Origin: Spirochaetota bacterium
GTDB taxonomy: Bacteria > Spirochaetota > UBA4802 > UBA5550
Direction of reading: 5' to 3'
NCBI GenBank assembly: GCA_035400945.1
Contig: DAONAJ010000014.1
Coordinates: forward strand, 4,740 to 68,739
DNA: 64,000 nt
Shown: piece by piece, positions 24,999 through 33,563 of the stretch
How the letters are laid out: each line of letters opens with the position of its first letter
Position numbering within the stretch: position 1 is the stretch's first letter
Position numbers and translations under genes: made by a program
Notes under the pieces: generated by a model
Seen by the model: only the letters and a program-made list of their open reading frames with translations
What the model was told of the DNA's origin: nothing
Databases searched by the model: none

Positions 24999-26062
24999 TG
25001 AGAATAGAACCGACAGGCACCATACGGGTCTCGGGTAAAAGCGGCGTTTTTGACCAGCTCGGCGATATTAAGAAGGGGACGGAGCTTCCCGCAAAGATCG
25101 TCAGCCGGATCAGCGGCCGCGAAGCGGTCCTCGAGATAGGAGGCAAACGGATCCATGCCGAATTCCAGAAAGGGGTCCCGGCCGGCGCAGCCATAACCCT
25201 GAGGCTCGAGGACATCAGGGACAATTCGCTGTTTTTCAAACTGGTCGACCCGGGAGGGAGGGAAGCCTTCGCGCGTCGCCTGGCGGAGATGGCCATTGCT
25301 GACCAGGGACGGATCCAGGCAAACATTGCCAGCGCCCTGGCTAAACACCCGGCGGGAATATTTGAATTGAACGCCCTGCTCCTCGGGCTTCAGACCAGGC
25401 AGGAGAAAAAAGACGGGGGAATAACCGGGCTTCTGAGCCTCCTGGCGAGGCTGGGAATTGATAAAAATGTTGTCTCGGACCTTTCCCTCCTCCTCTCCGG
25501 TTCCCGCGTTGACGCAAGGGCGTTCCAGTCGCTCATGGTGATTATCGGGTTCGACCGGGAACGGTTCAGGAAATGGGCATCGGGAAAACCGGAGAGCATG
25601 GAGGCCATTATCGATGCCGTTATCGAAGGGATCAGCGGAATCAATGATAACGAGATGAAGGAAGCAGTGCTGCGTCAGCTCATTGCCCTTCTCGGCAATT
25701 CTACTGAAACGCCGACAGGATATGTTTCCGGGGAACTCCCCTTTGCCGATGATGATGAAACCCGACCGATACATTATCTGGGAAAAGATGACGCGTGGGT
25801 TTTCAGCATCGATTTTTCTGCAATGGGCCGCATCGAGGTTCTTGCCCGCAAGGCGCGGGATGGATATTACCTCTCTCTGTTTTGCGGCAAGCACGAGACC
25901 CTTGAAGCTCTCAGACAGCATGAAGGGGAGTTAAAGAAAAATATCAAAAACATAGACCCCGATATACATATAAATTTCTATAATACGGCGAAGGCCATAA
26001 ATAAAATAGTTGAAATTTATTCATATTTCTCACTAAATAGTGTATTTGATATACGGGTTTAG
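24995..26062 (+). CDS. Hypothetical protein with a FliK-like (hook-length control) C-terminal region; occupies the YlqG position
   Basis: ATGA overlap with rnhB. The C-terminal FSIDFSAMGRIEVLARKARDGYYLSLFCGKHETLEALRQHEGELKKNI resembles the FliK C-terminal pattern (LG.v.v.l....l.v.f.....t...L......L...L). This is a weak, by-eye call. Confidence 0.4.
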   Translation: MMRIEPTGTIRVSGKSGVFDQLGDIKKGTELPAKIVSRISGREAVLEIGGKRIHAEFQKGVPAGAAITLRLEDIRDNSLFFKLVDPGGREAFARRLAEMAIADQGRIQANIASALAKHPAGIFELNALLLGLQTRQEKKDGGITGLLSLLARLGIDKNVVSDLSLLLSGSRVDARAFQSLMVIIGFDRERFRKWASGKPESMEAIIDAVIEGISGINDNEMKEAVLRQLIALLGNSTETPTGYVSGELPFADDDETRPIHYLGKDDAWVFSIDFSAMGRIEVLARKARDGYYLSLFCGKHETLEALRQHEGELKKNIKNIDPDIHINFYNTAKAINKIVEIYSYFSLNSVFDIRV

Positions 26063-26063
26063 G

Positions 26064-26345
26064 ATGAAAAATGATAGGACGGGGGTCGCCCTGGAATATT
26101 CCGGGGACGTCCCGAAAATCCTGGCCGTTGCCAGGGGGATGCTATTTGAAAGGCTGATCCGGATCGCCAGGGAGCACAACATCACCATATATCGGGATTC
26201 GGATCTGGCCCAGGTGCTTGCGCAGCTGCCGGTGGGAAGCGAAATACCGGAGACCCTCTTCAGGGCCGTATCAGAGGTGCTCGCGTACTGCTACCGGATT
26301 AATGCAGACTTTAAATCCAAACTGGACAGCATGGGAATAGTATAA
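26064..26345 (+). CDS. FlhB C-terminal-domain-like protein (EscU/YscU/HrcU family, YlqH-like)
   Basis: GVALEYSGDVPKILAVARGMLFERLIRIAREHNITIYRDSDLAQVLAQLPVGSEIPETLFRAVSEVLAYCYRIN aligns with FlhB-C after the NPTH autocleavage site. ATG 26064 follows the upstream stop by 1 nt. Confidence 0.7.
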   Translation: MKNDRTGVALEYSGDVPKILAVARGMLFERLIRIAREHNITIYRDSDLAQVLAQLPVGSEIPETLFRAVSEVLAYCYRINADFKSKLDSMGIV

Positions 26346-27574
26346 TGGCCAAGATGAGAAAGATTTCCGTTGAGGAGTTGAGGCCCGGGATGGTATACGA
26401 CAAGCCCATCTACGTGGACAGCAACAACATGCTCATCACCGCCAACTCCCCCATCAAGGAATCGGACATCAAAAAGCTGATGACCTGGGGCATCACCGAG
26501 GTCGAAACGTCCGGCATCCTGATCAAGCGGATGGAGATGGGGGAAGAAAAACCCGCCGAAGCGACAGAAACGAACAATTCCGCCGAACCGGTCTCTCCCC
26601 CCAAGGAAATTGACATCGACAGCGAAAAGAAGATCGTCAATGATTACAATGATCTCTTAAAAAAACGGAAGGGCCTTATTGAGGTACACAACCGCGCCAG
26701 GAACGCCGTTGAGGCAGCCTACAGGTCGATCCGCAACAACGTTCCCTTTGAGACCCGTGACCTCGAAGACGCGGTCCAGAGCATCGTAAAGCTCCTAAAA
26801 GACAACAGCAACATATTCCTTTTTCTCTACGGCCTTGATGAAGGGAAAGACTATACCCTGACCCATTCGGTGAACGTGACCTTCTATTCCCTGATCATCG
26901 GTATCGCGCTGAAATACAACCCCGTCAAACTGAACGACCTCGGACTGGGGACGCTCCTCATCGACGCGGGCATGATAAAGCTGCCGGTGTACATCATCCA
27001 CAAGCAGTCAAACCTGACCGACCAGGAATTCAACCAGATCAAGACACACCCTCTCCTGGGCTACAAGGCCCTGAAAGAGCTGGGCAAGATCAAGGAAAGC
27101 TCCGCCATCATATCGCTCCAGCACCACGAGCAGTTTGACGGCAAGGGATATCCCCGCGGCCTTCGGGGCAACGACATCGACGAGTTCGCCCGGATCGCCG
27201 CCATCGCCGACAGCTACGAAGCGCAGATATCGAACCGGAGCTACCGCAAAAAGGTCTACTTCTACCACGCCATGCGGAATCTCCTGTCAAGCGGCGTGAA
27301 CAAGTTCGATCCGGTCATCCTCCGCGTTTTCCTGTCGCGCATGTCGGTCTACCCCATCGGCTCCATTGTCGAGTTGAACGACGGCGCCATCGGCATCATC
27401 ATCGGATCGGTACCGGAAAAGCCGCTCCGTCCCATCATCAAGGTCATCTTTGACAAGGACCGCAAGCGCATCGAAAACACCACCATCATAAGCCTCCTCT
27501 CCGAGTCTTCCCTCTATATTGTCAGGGCCCTCGACGAGGCAGAGGTGGGCATCAACATCTTTGACGTGCTGTAG
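26345..27574 (+). CDS. HD-GYP domain protein (probable c-di-GMP phosphodiesterase)
   Basis: HSVNV...H..., HHEQFDGKGYPRGL (HD-GYP signature) and ADSYEA. Its start overlaps the upstream TAA stop by 1 nt (TAATG). Confidence 0.85.
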   Translation: MAKMRKISVEELRPGMVYDKPIYVDSNNMLITANSPIKESDIKKLMTWGITEVETSGILIKRMEMGEEKPAEATETNNSAEPVSPPKEIDIDSEKKIVNDYNDLLKKRKGLIEVHNRARNAVEAAYRSIRNNVPFETRDLEDAVQSIVKLLKDNSNIFLFLYGLDEGKDYTLTHSVNVTFYSLIIGIALKYNPVKLNDLGLGTLLIDAGMIKLPVYIIHKQSNLTDQEFNQIKTHPLLGYKALKELGKIKESSAIISLQHHEQFDGKGYPRGLRGNDIDEFARIAAIADSYEAQISNRSYRKKVYFYHAMRNLLSSGVNKFDPVILRVFLSRMSVYPIGSIVELNDGAIGIIIGSVPEKPLRPIIKVIFDKDRKRIENTTIISLLSESSLYIVRALDEAEVGINIFDVL

Positions 27575-27580
27575 GCCGCG

Positions 27581-27946
27581 GTGTCAGACCGTTTCCACAA
27601 CCGGAACTTCGGCTCCGACGGCGAAGACCGCGCCGCTGACTTTCTCGAAAAAAAACAGTTCAACATCCTGGAGCGCAATTACCGCCACGGCAGATACGGC
27701 GAGATCGACATCATCGCCCGGAGCGGAGACCTTGTTGTCTTCGCCGAGGTTAAGCGCCGCGGCGCCGAACGCTACGGCGGCGCCCTCTACTCCATCAGCA
27801 GAAAAAAAAGGAACAGCCTGAAAACCGCGGCCCAGTCTTTCCTCGCGGCTAACCCCGAGTATAACCGTCCCGGGATCACCTTCCGCTTCGATCTCATTTC
27901 AATACGGGATAACGCAATAGAATGGATTGAGGACATGTTCCGGTAA
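27581..27946 (+). CDS. yraN: YraN-family (UPF0102) endonuclease-like protein
   Basis: G...E..A..FL....F.ILERNYR...GEIDIIA......VFAEVK.R is the canonical YraN pattern. GTG start. Confidence 0.8.
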   Translation: MSDRFHNRNFGSDGEDRAADFLEKKQFNILERNYRHGRYGEIDIIARSGDLVVFAEVKRRGAERYGGALYSISRKKRNSLKTAAQSFLAANPEYNRPGITFRFDLISIRDNAIEWIEDMFR

Positions 27947-27966
27947 CGCACCGGGATATCCCGCGG

Positions 27967-28785
27967 TTATTTCCTGAGGGAACGGTACTTGCGCACCATT
28001 TTTCTATTGATAAAATTCATCACAAAGGGGGCAAACCTGCTGACCCACCAGAGCACCTTCGCGTGGAACGGGAAAACTATCATCGCCTTTTTCCTGGCAA
28101 CGCCGTCGAGGATGATCTCGGCGGCCCGGTCCGGCGAGATGAGCCGCCGGGGCATGAATTCCATGTAGGTATCCCGGTCCGTTCCGATGATCTCTATGGC
28201 GTCGTAAAAGGAGGTTCTCACGATCCCCGGGCACACCAGGGTCATGCGCACCCCCAGGCCTTCCGTCTCGTGGCGCAGGGCCTGGGAGAGGCCCACCACG
28301 CCGTATTTCGCAGCGGTGTACGGAGCGTTGATCGAGAACGGGGCAAAGCCTGCCATGGAGGCCACGTTGACGATGTGGCCCCTTCCCTGGCGGGCCATGA
28401 CCGCGTAAGCGGCCATGGTGCCGTAGAGCACCCCGAAGAGGTTCACATCGAATATTTTCCTCCATTGTTCGATCGTCAGGTCCCGGGCATCCGCCGAAAT
28501 CCCGATGCCGGCATTATTGAAGAAATAATCAATGGAACCGAATTCCGCGGCTGTGTCTGCCACAGCCCTGAACACGGCGCCTTCATCGCCCACGTCAAGG
28601 GTGACCGCGCGGGCATGGCATCCCATGCCTTTTATTTCGTCAGCCGCTCGCCGTGCTTTTTCGCCATTGATGTCTGCAACGATAACCCTGGCGCCCCGCG
28701 AGGCAAGGCCGAGGCAGAGGGACCGCCCCATGCCGGAGGCACCGCCGGTCACGATAACGGTTTTATCCTTGTATGGATTTTTCAT
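27967..28785 (-). CDS. Short-chain dehydrogenase/reductase (SDR)
   Basis: The start is trimmed to MKNPYKDKTVIVTGGASGMGRS (TGxxxGxG). NNAG and YTAAK (YxxxK) are present. Confidence 0.85.
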   Translation of the reverse strand: MKNPYKDKTVIVTGGASGMGRSLCLGLASRGARVIVADINGEKARRAADEIKGMGCHARAVTLDVGDEGAVFRAVADTAAEFGSIDYFFNNAGIGISADARDLTIEQWRKIFDVNLFGVLYGTMAAYAVMARQGRGHIVNVASMAGFAPFSINAPYTAAKYGVVGLSQALRHETEGLGVRMTLVCPGIVRTSFYDAIEIIGTDRDTYMEFMPRRLISPDRAAEIILDGVARKKAMIVFPFHAKVLWWVSRFAPFVMNFINRKMVRKYRSLRK

Positions 28786-28807
28786 TTCTGATGTCCGGTT
28801 GTTCAAC

Positions 28808-28835
28808 GCAGGCGGGGTCACGTGACCCCGCCTGC
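28808..28835. promoter_or_regulatory. 28-bp perfect palindrome GCAGGCGGGGTCAC|GTGACCCCGCCTGC in a divergent promoter region
   Basis: Verified base by base. It lies 23 nt upstream of the SDR start (28785, minus) and ~125 nt upstream of the OYE start (28959, plus). Confidence 0.5.
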
Positions 28836-28958
28836 ATGATTTATCCATGTATCTCATTCATTGTAAAAATTGTCAAACAATATGATCATAAGAAGTTGAC
28901 ATGGCCCCGACGGTAATCCAACCTACCATAAAGTATTATCTTAAAAAGGAAAAATACA

Positions 28959-30137
28959 ATGGCAAAAGACAAGCTCTTCACACCCGGCACCATCGGTCCA
29001 CTGAAAATCAGGAACAGGACCATCCGTTCCGCCGGCTTCGAGGGGATGTGCCCCGGCGGCTTCCCTTCGGATTCACTCATCAACTATCACCGGTCCGTGG
29101 CCGCCGGCGGCATCGGCATGACCACCGTGGCCTATGTTTCGGTGACCAACGGCGGCCGCACCTTCAGCCACCAGGCCTGGATGCGGCCCGAGGCCATACC
29201 CTACTTCAAAAAGCTTACCGACGCGGTGCACCGCGAGGGCGCCGCCGTCTCCGTGCAGCTCGGTCACGCCGGCAACATGGGCGACAGCAAGGTCTCGGGG
29301 GACCGCGCCGTCTCTCCGTCTGGCCGTTTATGCCTCTTCGGTCTCACCCTCCCGAGAAAAATGTCTGAATCGGATATCGAGGAGTTGGCCCGGGCCCACG
29401 GCAGGGCCGTGGCCATGGCATGTGAAGCGGGTTTTGACGCGGTGGAGATACACGCCGGCCACGGCTACCTTATAAGTCAGTTCCTTTCGCCCTTCACCAA
29501 CCGCCGCACGGACCGCTTCGGCGGATCTCTTGAAAACCGCGCCCGTTTTCTCAGGATGGTCATGAAAGAGGCGAGAAAGGCAGCGGGAAAGAAAACGGCT
29601 GTCCTGGTAAAAACGAACCTGGAGGACGGCTTCTCCGGGGGCATGGATAAAAAAGAAGGGATTGAAGTAGCCAAAATCCTTGAAGATGAAGGCGCCGACG
29701 CCCTGGTCCTTTCCGGAGGCTTCACGAGCAAGACCCCCTTCTACATGTTGCGCGGCCTGACCCCCCACAGGGAACTCATCAGCTACCAGAAAGACCCCCT
29801 CATCAAGCTGGGCATGATCATGTTTTCCCGCATCATGATCAGGGACTATCCCTACACCGAGGCCTTTTTCCTTGAAGACGCCGTAAAAATACGCGATGCG
29901 GTGAAGCTCCCCCTGGTCTACGTGGGAGGCCTTGTCTCACGGAAAAAAATCGACGAGGTCCTCGGCAGGGGCTTCGACTTCGTGGCCATAGCGCGGGCCC
30001 TGGTGGCTGAGACGGATTTCGTGGACAGGATCAGGAAGGACCCGTCCCATGTGTCCAAGTGCCTGCGGTGCGGCCCCTGCAACAGCTGCGTTGCCACCAT
30101 GTACATGGGGGAGATGCGCTGCACCTACGAGGGGTAA
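28959..30137 (+). CDS. NADH:flavin oxidoreductase (Old Yellow Enzyme / 2,4-dienoyl-CoA reductase-like family)
   Basis: L.IRNR.....M, HAGHGYLISQFLSPFTNRRTDRFGGSLENRARF and GRGFDFVAIAR are the classic OYE TIM-barrel motifs. Confidence 0.85.
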   Translation: MAKDKLFTPGTIGPLKIRNRTIRSAGFEGMCPGGFPSDSLINYHRSVAAGGIGMTTVAYVSVTNGGRTFSHQAWMRPEAIPYFKKLTDAVHREGAAVSVQLGHAGNMGDSKVSGDRAVSPSGRLCLFGLTLPRKMSESDIEELARAHGRAVAMACEAGFDAVEIHAGHGYLISQFLSPFTNRRTDRFGGSLENRARFLRMVMKEARKAAGKKTAVLVKTNLEDGFSGGMDKKEGIEVAKILEDEGADALVLSGGFTSKTPFYMLRGLTPHRELISYQKDPLIKLGMIMFSRIMIRDYPYTEAFFLEDAVKIRDAVKLPLVYVGGLVSRKKIDEVLGRGFDFVAIARALVAETDFVDRIRKDPSHVSKCLRCGPCNSCVATMYMGEMRCTYEG

Positions 30138-30162
30138 TCATCACCCGGGTAAAGTTCCGTGT

Positions 30163-30993
30163 TTACGCCGGCCTCCGGTACCGTTTCATGAAACCGTTGA
30201 CCACGGCGGAAATGAGCCGGTTCGGAACCCAGTGAATAAAACAGAAATGAAGTTTGTTGGTCAGGCCCGGGATGACCCTGGACCTTTTCTTCATCACACC
30301 CCGGTACCCGGCCCTGGCGACCTTCTTCGCGTCCATGGCGGCGCTATGGACCAGGGAACCCACCGACCATCTTTTAGGGGTTTTCACAAGGCCGGCGGAA
30401 TCAAGGAAATTTGTCGCCGTGGTTCCTGGGTATAAGCAGGTGACGGCAACGCCGAACTCCTTCATCTCCCGGGCAAAGGCCTGGGTGAAGCTTGACACGT
30501 ATGCCTTGGTTCCGGCATAGGCGGCCCAGAAGGGAAGGGGCTGAAAGGATATGGTTGAAGCTACATTGAGGATGCGTCCCCTCCGCCGCTCCTTCATCTT
30601 CCAGCCGAAGAGCTGACAGAGGACCGTCATGGTCATCATGTTCAGGACAACCATCCGCTTCACCCGGTCAGTGTCCAGGTCGAGGTGCCTGCCGGCGAGG
30701 CCGTAGCCGACATTGTTGACCAGTATATCGATTTCAATCCCGTCCTTTTCGCAGAAATCAAAAATAGATTCCGCCGCGTCCTGCTCCGACAGATCTTTCT
30801 GAATTATGATGACACTCTGGCCCGGCGCGACGGGCTTGAGCTCTTCCCTGAGGCGGACAAGCTCCTCCATGACCAGGCTGACCACCACCAGGCTGCAACC
30901 GCCCCGGTGGAAGCAGCGGCAGAGCTCACGGCCGATGCCGTTTCCCCCGCCGGTGACAAGGACCGTGGCATGGTGTGATGGCATTGATATCAT
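30163..30993 (-). CDS. Short-chain dehydrogenase/reductase (SDR)
   Basis: VLVTGGGNGIGRE, NNVG and YAGTKAY (YxxxK) are present. Confidence 0.8.
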   Translation of the reverse strand: MISMPSHHATVLVTGGGNGIGRELCRCFHRGGCSLVVVSLVMEELVRLREELKPVAPGQSVIIIQKDLSEQDAAESIFDFCEKDGIEIDILVNNVGYGLAGRHLDLDTDRVKRMVVLNMMTMTVLCQLFGWKMKERRRGRILNVASTISFQPLPFWAAYAGTKAYVSSFTQAFAREMKEFGVAVTCLYPGTTATNFLDSAGLVKTPKRWSVGSLVHSAAMDAKKVARAGYRGVMKKRSRVIPGLTNKLHFCFIHWVPNRLISAVVNGFMKRYRRPA

Positions 30994-31162
30994 TTCAACT
31001 CCCGCTTAAATAAATGGAAACCTATTAGTATGAGCGGCGCGCCTTTCGCTCACTCCGCCGCAAATAGGACATCCTGTCCTAGCGGCTCCGGCAGCCATCC
31101 TGGCTGCCTGTTCGCTGAAAGGCGGCGCCACTCTCACCTTCCCCCATGGCAGGGAAACTGCG

Positions 31163-32005
31163 TCATTCGCCCGGCTCTTTCACGTAGAGCTGCCTGGCAA
31201 TCCAGTGCATCGGCATGGTTCGCCGGAAGAGGAGGAAATACGCCGCCAGGGCAAAGACCGGCATACCGATGCCGTACGCTGCGAGGAGGCTCCCGGTCAC
31301 TTCCCTGATCCCCATGACCGACAGGGCCGCCAGTATCGCCAGGCCGAGGCACAGGACCCACTGCGTGGCGAAATAAAAGACCAGGATCCGCGGCACCCCG
31401 GGGACCCTGTCGGACGGGATCGTCCTGTCCATCTTCGCGCCTTCCCGCGTGAAACCGACAAAGCCGTATATGAGCATGGGGGCGAAAAACAGGGCCATGA
31501 CCACGAGCGTCCACCATACCCTGCTGGCATAGAAGAATGAGATACCCATCATTTTACCCGGCTCCCACAGGGCGCCGTTGTTCACGCTCATGTCATAGAG
31601 GAATCGCTGGTACCCGGTGCAGTCCCACCCGCACACCAGGATGAACCAGAATATGATCCATGCCACCATCCAGTTGGCATGGGCCCCGTAGTAGTTCTTC
31701 TTCTTGACCAGCAGGAAGGTGGTCCAGTATCCCAGGATCCCCTGGGTGATGTTGGTCACCGCGAATATGGTCACCAGCCACGCCGGAATGTCGCTGAACG
31801 TGGTGGCCACCTGCATTGTTTCCCACTGGGTATGCTCCCAGAGAAGATACAGCCCCGAGGGCGCGAAAAAAATAGAAAGAAAGAGAAGGATAAATATATA
31901 CCATTTATTATTAAACGGCTTTTCCTCCTTTTCAAGCTGCCGTGCCGCCGCAGCCGCAAAGGTCGCGCCAAAAGCGTACGACCAGACGATATCAACCTGT
32001 ACCAT
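31163..32005 (-). CDS. Hypothetical polytopic membrane protein (Trp-rich)
   Basis: 280 aa with ~7 hydrophobic segments and a GGAGG RBS upstream. No family recognised. Confidence 0.5.
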   Translation of the reverse strand: MVQVDIVWSYAFGATFAAAAARQLEKEEKPFNNKWYIFILLFLSIFFAPSGLYLLWEHTQWETMQVATTFSDIPAWLVTIFAVTNITQGILGYWTTFLLVKKKNYYGAHANWMVAWIIFWFILVCGWDCTGYQRFLYDMSVNNGALWEPGKMMGISFFYASRVWWTLVVMALFFAPMLIYGFVGFTREGAKMDRTIPSDRVPGVPRILVFYFATQWVLCLGLAILAALSVMGIREVTGSLLAAYGIGMPVFALAAYFLLFRRTMPMHWIARQLYVKEPGE

Positions 32006-32090
32006 GTAAAACCTCCATGCTGTTATATAATGAAGGGGCCATTTTTTGTCCCCCCCAACCCCCCGTGGGGGGCTTTATGCTCAAATGATG

Positions 32091-32114
32091 GTAAAAGAGT
32101 CCCCCTGCGGGGGA
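32091..32114 (-). terminator. Probable intrinsic terminator after the START-domain gene
   Basis: On the minus strand, a UCCCCC-GCA-GGGGGA hairpin is followed by CUCUUUU. A second CCCCC/GGGGG hairpin lies at ~32059-32072. Confidence 0.45.
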
Positions 32115-32193
32115 TGTAGGTGGCTTTTAGACAAGCCTTGATACCATCATCTACCGTTGGGGCAAATCCATCATGCCCTCTGTCTTACTACTG

Positions 32194-33189
32194 CTATTTG
32201 TACTTTGCGATGATGCTCTCCACCGACACATCCGAAGCGCCGCAGTCGGTCACGATCATATCGATTATTTCCCCTACCATTTTCTTGTTTTCCTTCAGCT
32301 TCCGGGCAGCCTCCCTGTCGGGAACAATCGAATCCAGGTACGCGAAATAGAACTTCATCGAGGCCTTTTCAACGCTCTCATAGGTGGCGCCTGACTGAAC
32401 GATGTTCTTTATTGAATTCCTGTCGTTCTGTATTATCGTCTGCAGGGCCGCCCGGTTCCCCACAAACTTTGCCAGCCTGTTGAACAGGAGGTTCTGTATG
32501 TAGGCCTCGTTCCTCGTCCTGGTATCGATGGCCCGCTCCTCTTCGCTGCCCCGCGCTGCGTCGCTGTATTTCCTGTTCGGCACCATGGTCCTGAGCTTTT
32601 TCAGCGTTTCGTAGGGATAGCTCTTCATGACGGCATAGGCCACCCTTTTAGGGATGTCCCCCGCGGGGTCCACCAGGAGCCTGTAGATGAACTTGGTCCT
32701 GTTTCGCCCGAGGAATTCCATGTCAAAGACGCCGTTCATCATGGTGACCCGCACCCGGTTCTTTTCCAGGGGAATTTTGATCTCCTCGGTGGCCCCAAAG
32801 GAAATGGCAGCCCTGGCCCTGTCCCAGTCGTACACGGTTTTATCCTTCAGAGCCACGTCCCTTTCCTGGATTATGGGCGGTTTCAGCACCAGGTAGATGG
32901 CCATGGTGTTCCGGTCATACCGCTTTTCCACCTGCGCTCCATGACAATCGGCGATCCAGTTCCGGTAGGAGGGAACGTCGCGCAGCACTTCACCGAGGAC
33001 CTCCATCTTTTCGTCAATGGCGGTGACCGCCATGTATTCCATCAGGTCCGTGCCGGGGACTGAACGCTCATAGACCTTTATCCCGCTGCTGTTCTTAACC
33101 AGCGACCATGTTCCCGTCGTACCGGCATTGGCTTCATTGATAATGACCAGAGAAATAAATGCGGTGAGAATAATTAATAACCTCTTCAT
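32194..33189 (-). CDS. Secreted START/SRPBCC-like lipid-binding domain protein with a helical C-terminal extension
   Basis: Signal peptide MKRLLIILTAFISLVIINEANA. W.LVKNSSGIKVYER.VPG....EYMAV..ID......EVLRD...Y..WI..C is START-like. Confidence 0.65.
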   Translation of the reverse strand: MKRLLIILTAFISLVIINEANAGTTGTWSLVKNSSGIKVYERSVPGTDLMEYMAVTAIDEKMEVLGEVLRDVPSYRNWIADCHGAQVEKRYDRNTMAIYLVLKPPIIQERDVALKDKTVYDWDRARAAISFGATEEIKIPLEKNRVRVTMMNGVFDMEFLGRNRTKFIYRLLVDPAGDIPKRVAYAVMKSYPYETLKKLRTMVPNRKYSDAARGSEEERAIDTRTRNEAYIQNLLFNRLAKFVGNRAALQTIIQNDRNSIKNIVQSGATYESVEKASMKFYFAYLDSIVPDREAARKLKENKKMVGEIIDMIVTDCGASDVSVESIIAKYK

Positions 33190-33255
33190 GTTTGCAAAAA
33201 CACCTCCAGTGAAATTCCAATTTATTTAAAAACCGTCTGATTATCCTATAATTAA

Positions 33256-33271
33256 AGCATGAAGCGTGCCA
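33256..33271 (-). promoter_or_regulatory. Sigma-54 (-24/-12) promoter TGGCACGCTTCATGCT
   Basis: The minus-strand sequence matches the consensus TGGCACG-N4-TTGCW at all fixed positions but one (A for T at -14) with correct GG/GC spacing. It lies ~65 nt upstream of the START-gene ATG and downstream of the adjacent sigma-54 activator gene. Confidence 0.65.
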
Positions 33272-33563
33272 AAAAAAATTTCGACAGCTCATAGGCTCTG
33301 AAATATCACACTGCATTATTAAAAAATTTTTCATGGGTCCCCTTTCCCCCTGAGGGGGCATCAATTAATATGTTTTAATGCATTGCATATCTTCATAGGC
33401 GCTACTTGCAGACGGCAGGGGGGCGTATCGCAGGGGGATTCGTGCGGGTTTTAGGATAACGCAGCCTGAACAATAACAATCCATGTCCCATATCAGAGCT
33501 ATCTGTCCCGTTTTCCGGACAGGACGGCACCGGATCACTTCAAATGATGCGATGTGGAAAAAA

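Noticed and set aside
32045-32125. Clustered G/C hairpins considered as a possible CRISPR-like or REP array
   Set aside because: There are only two or three short, non-identical hairpins with irregular spacing and no repeat-spacer periodicity. No cas genes are in the window.
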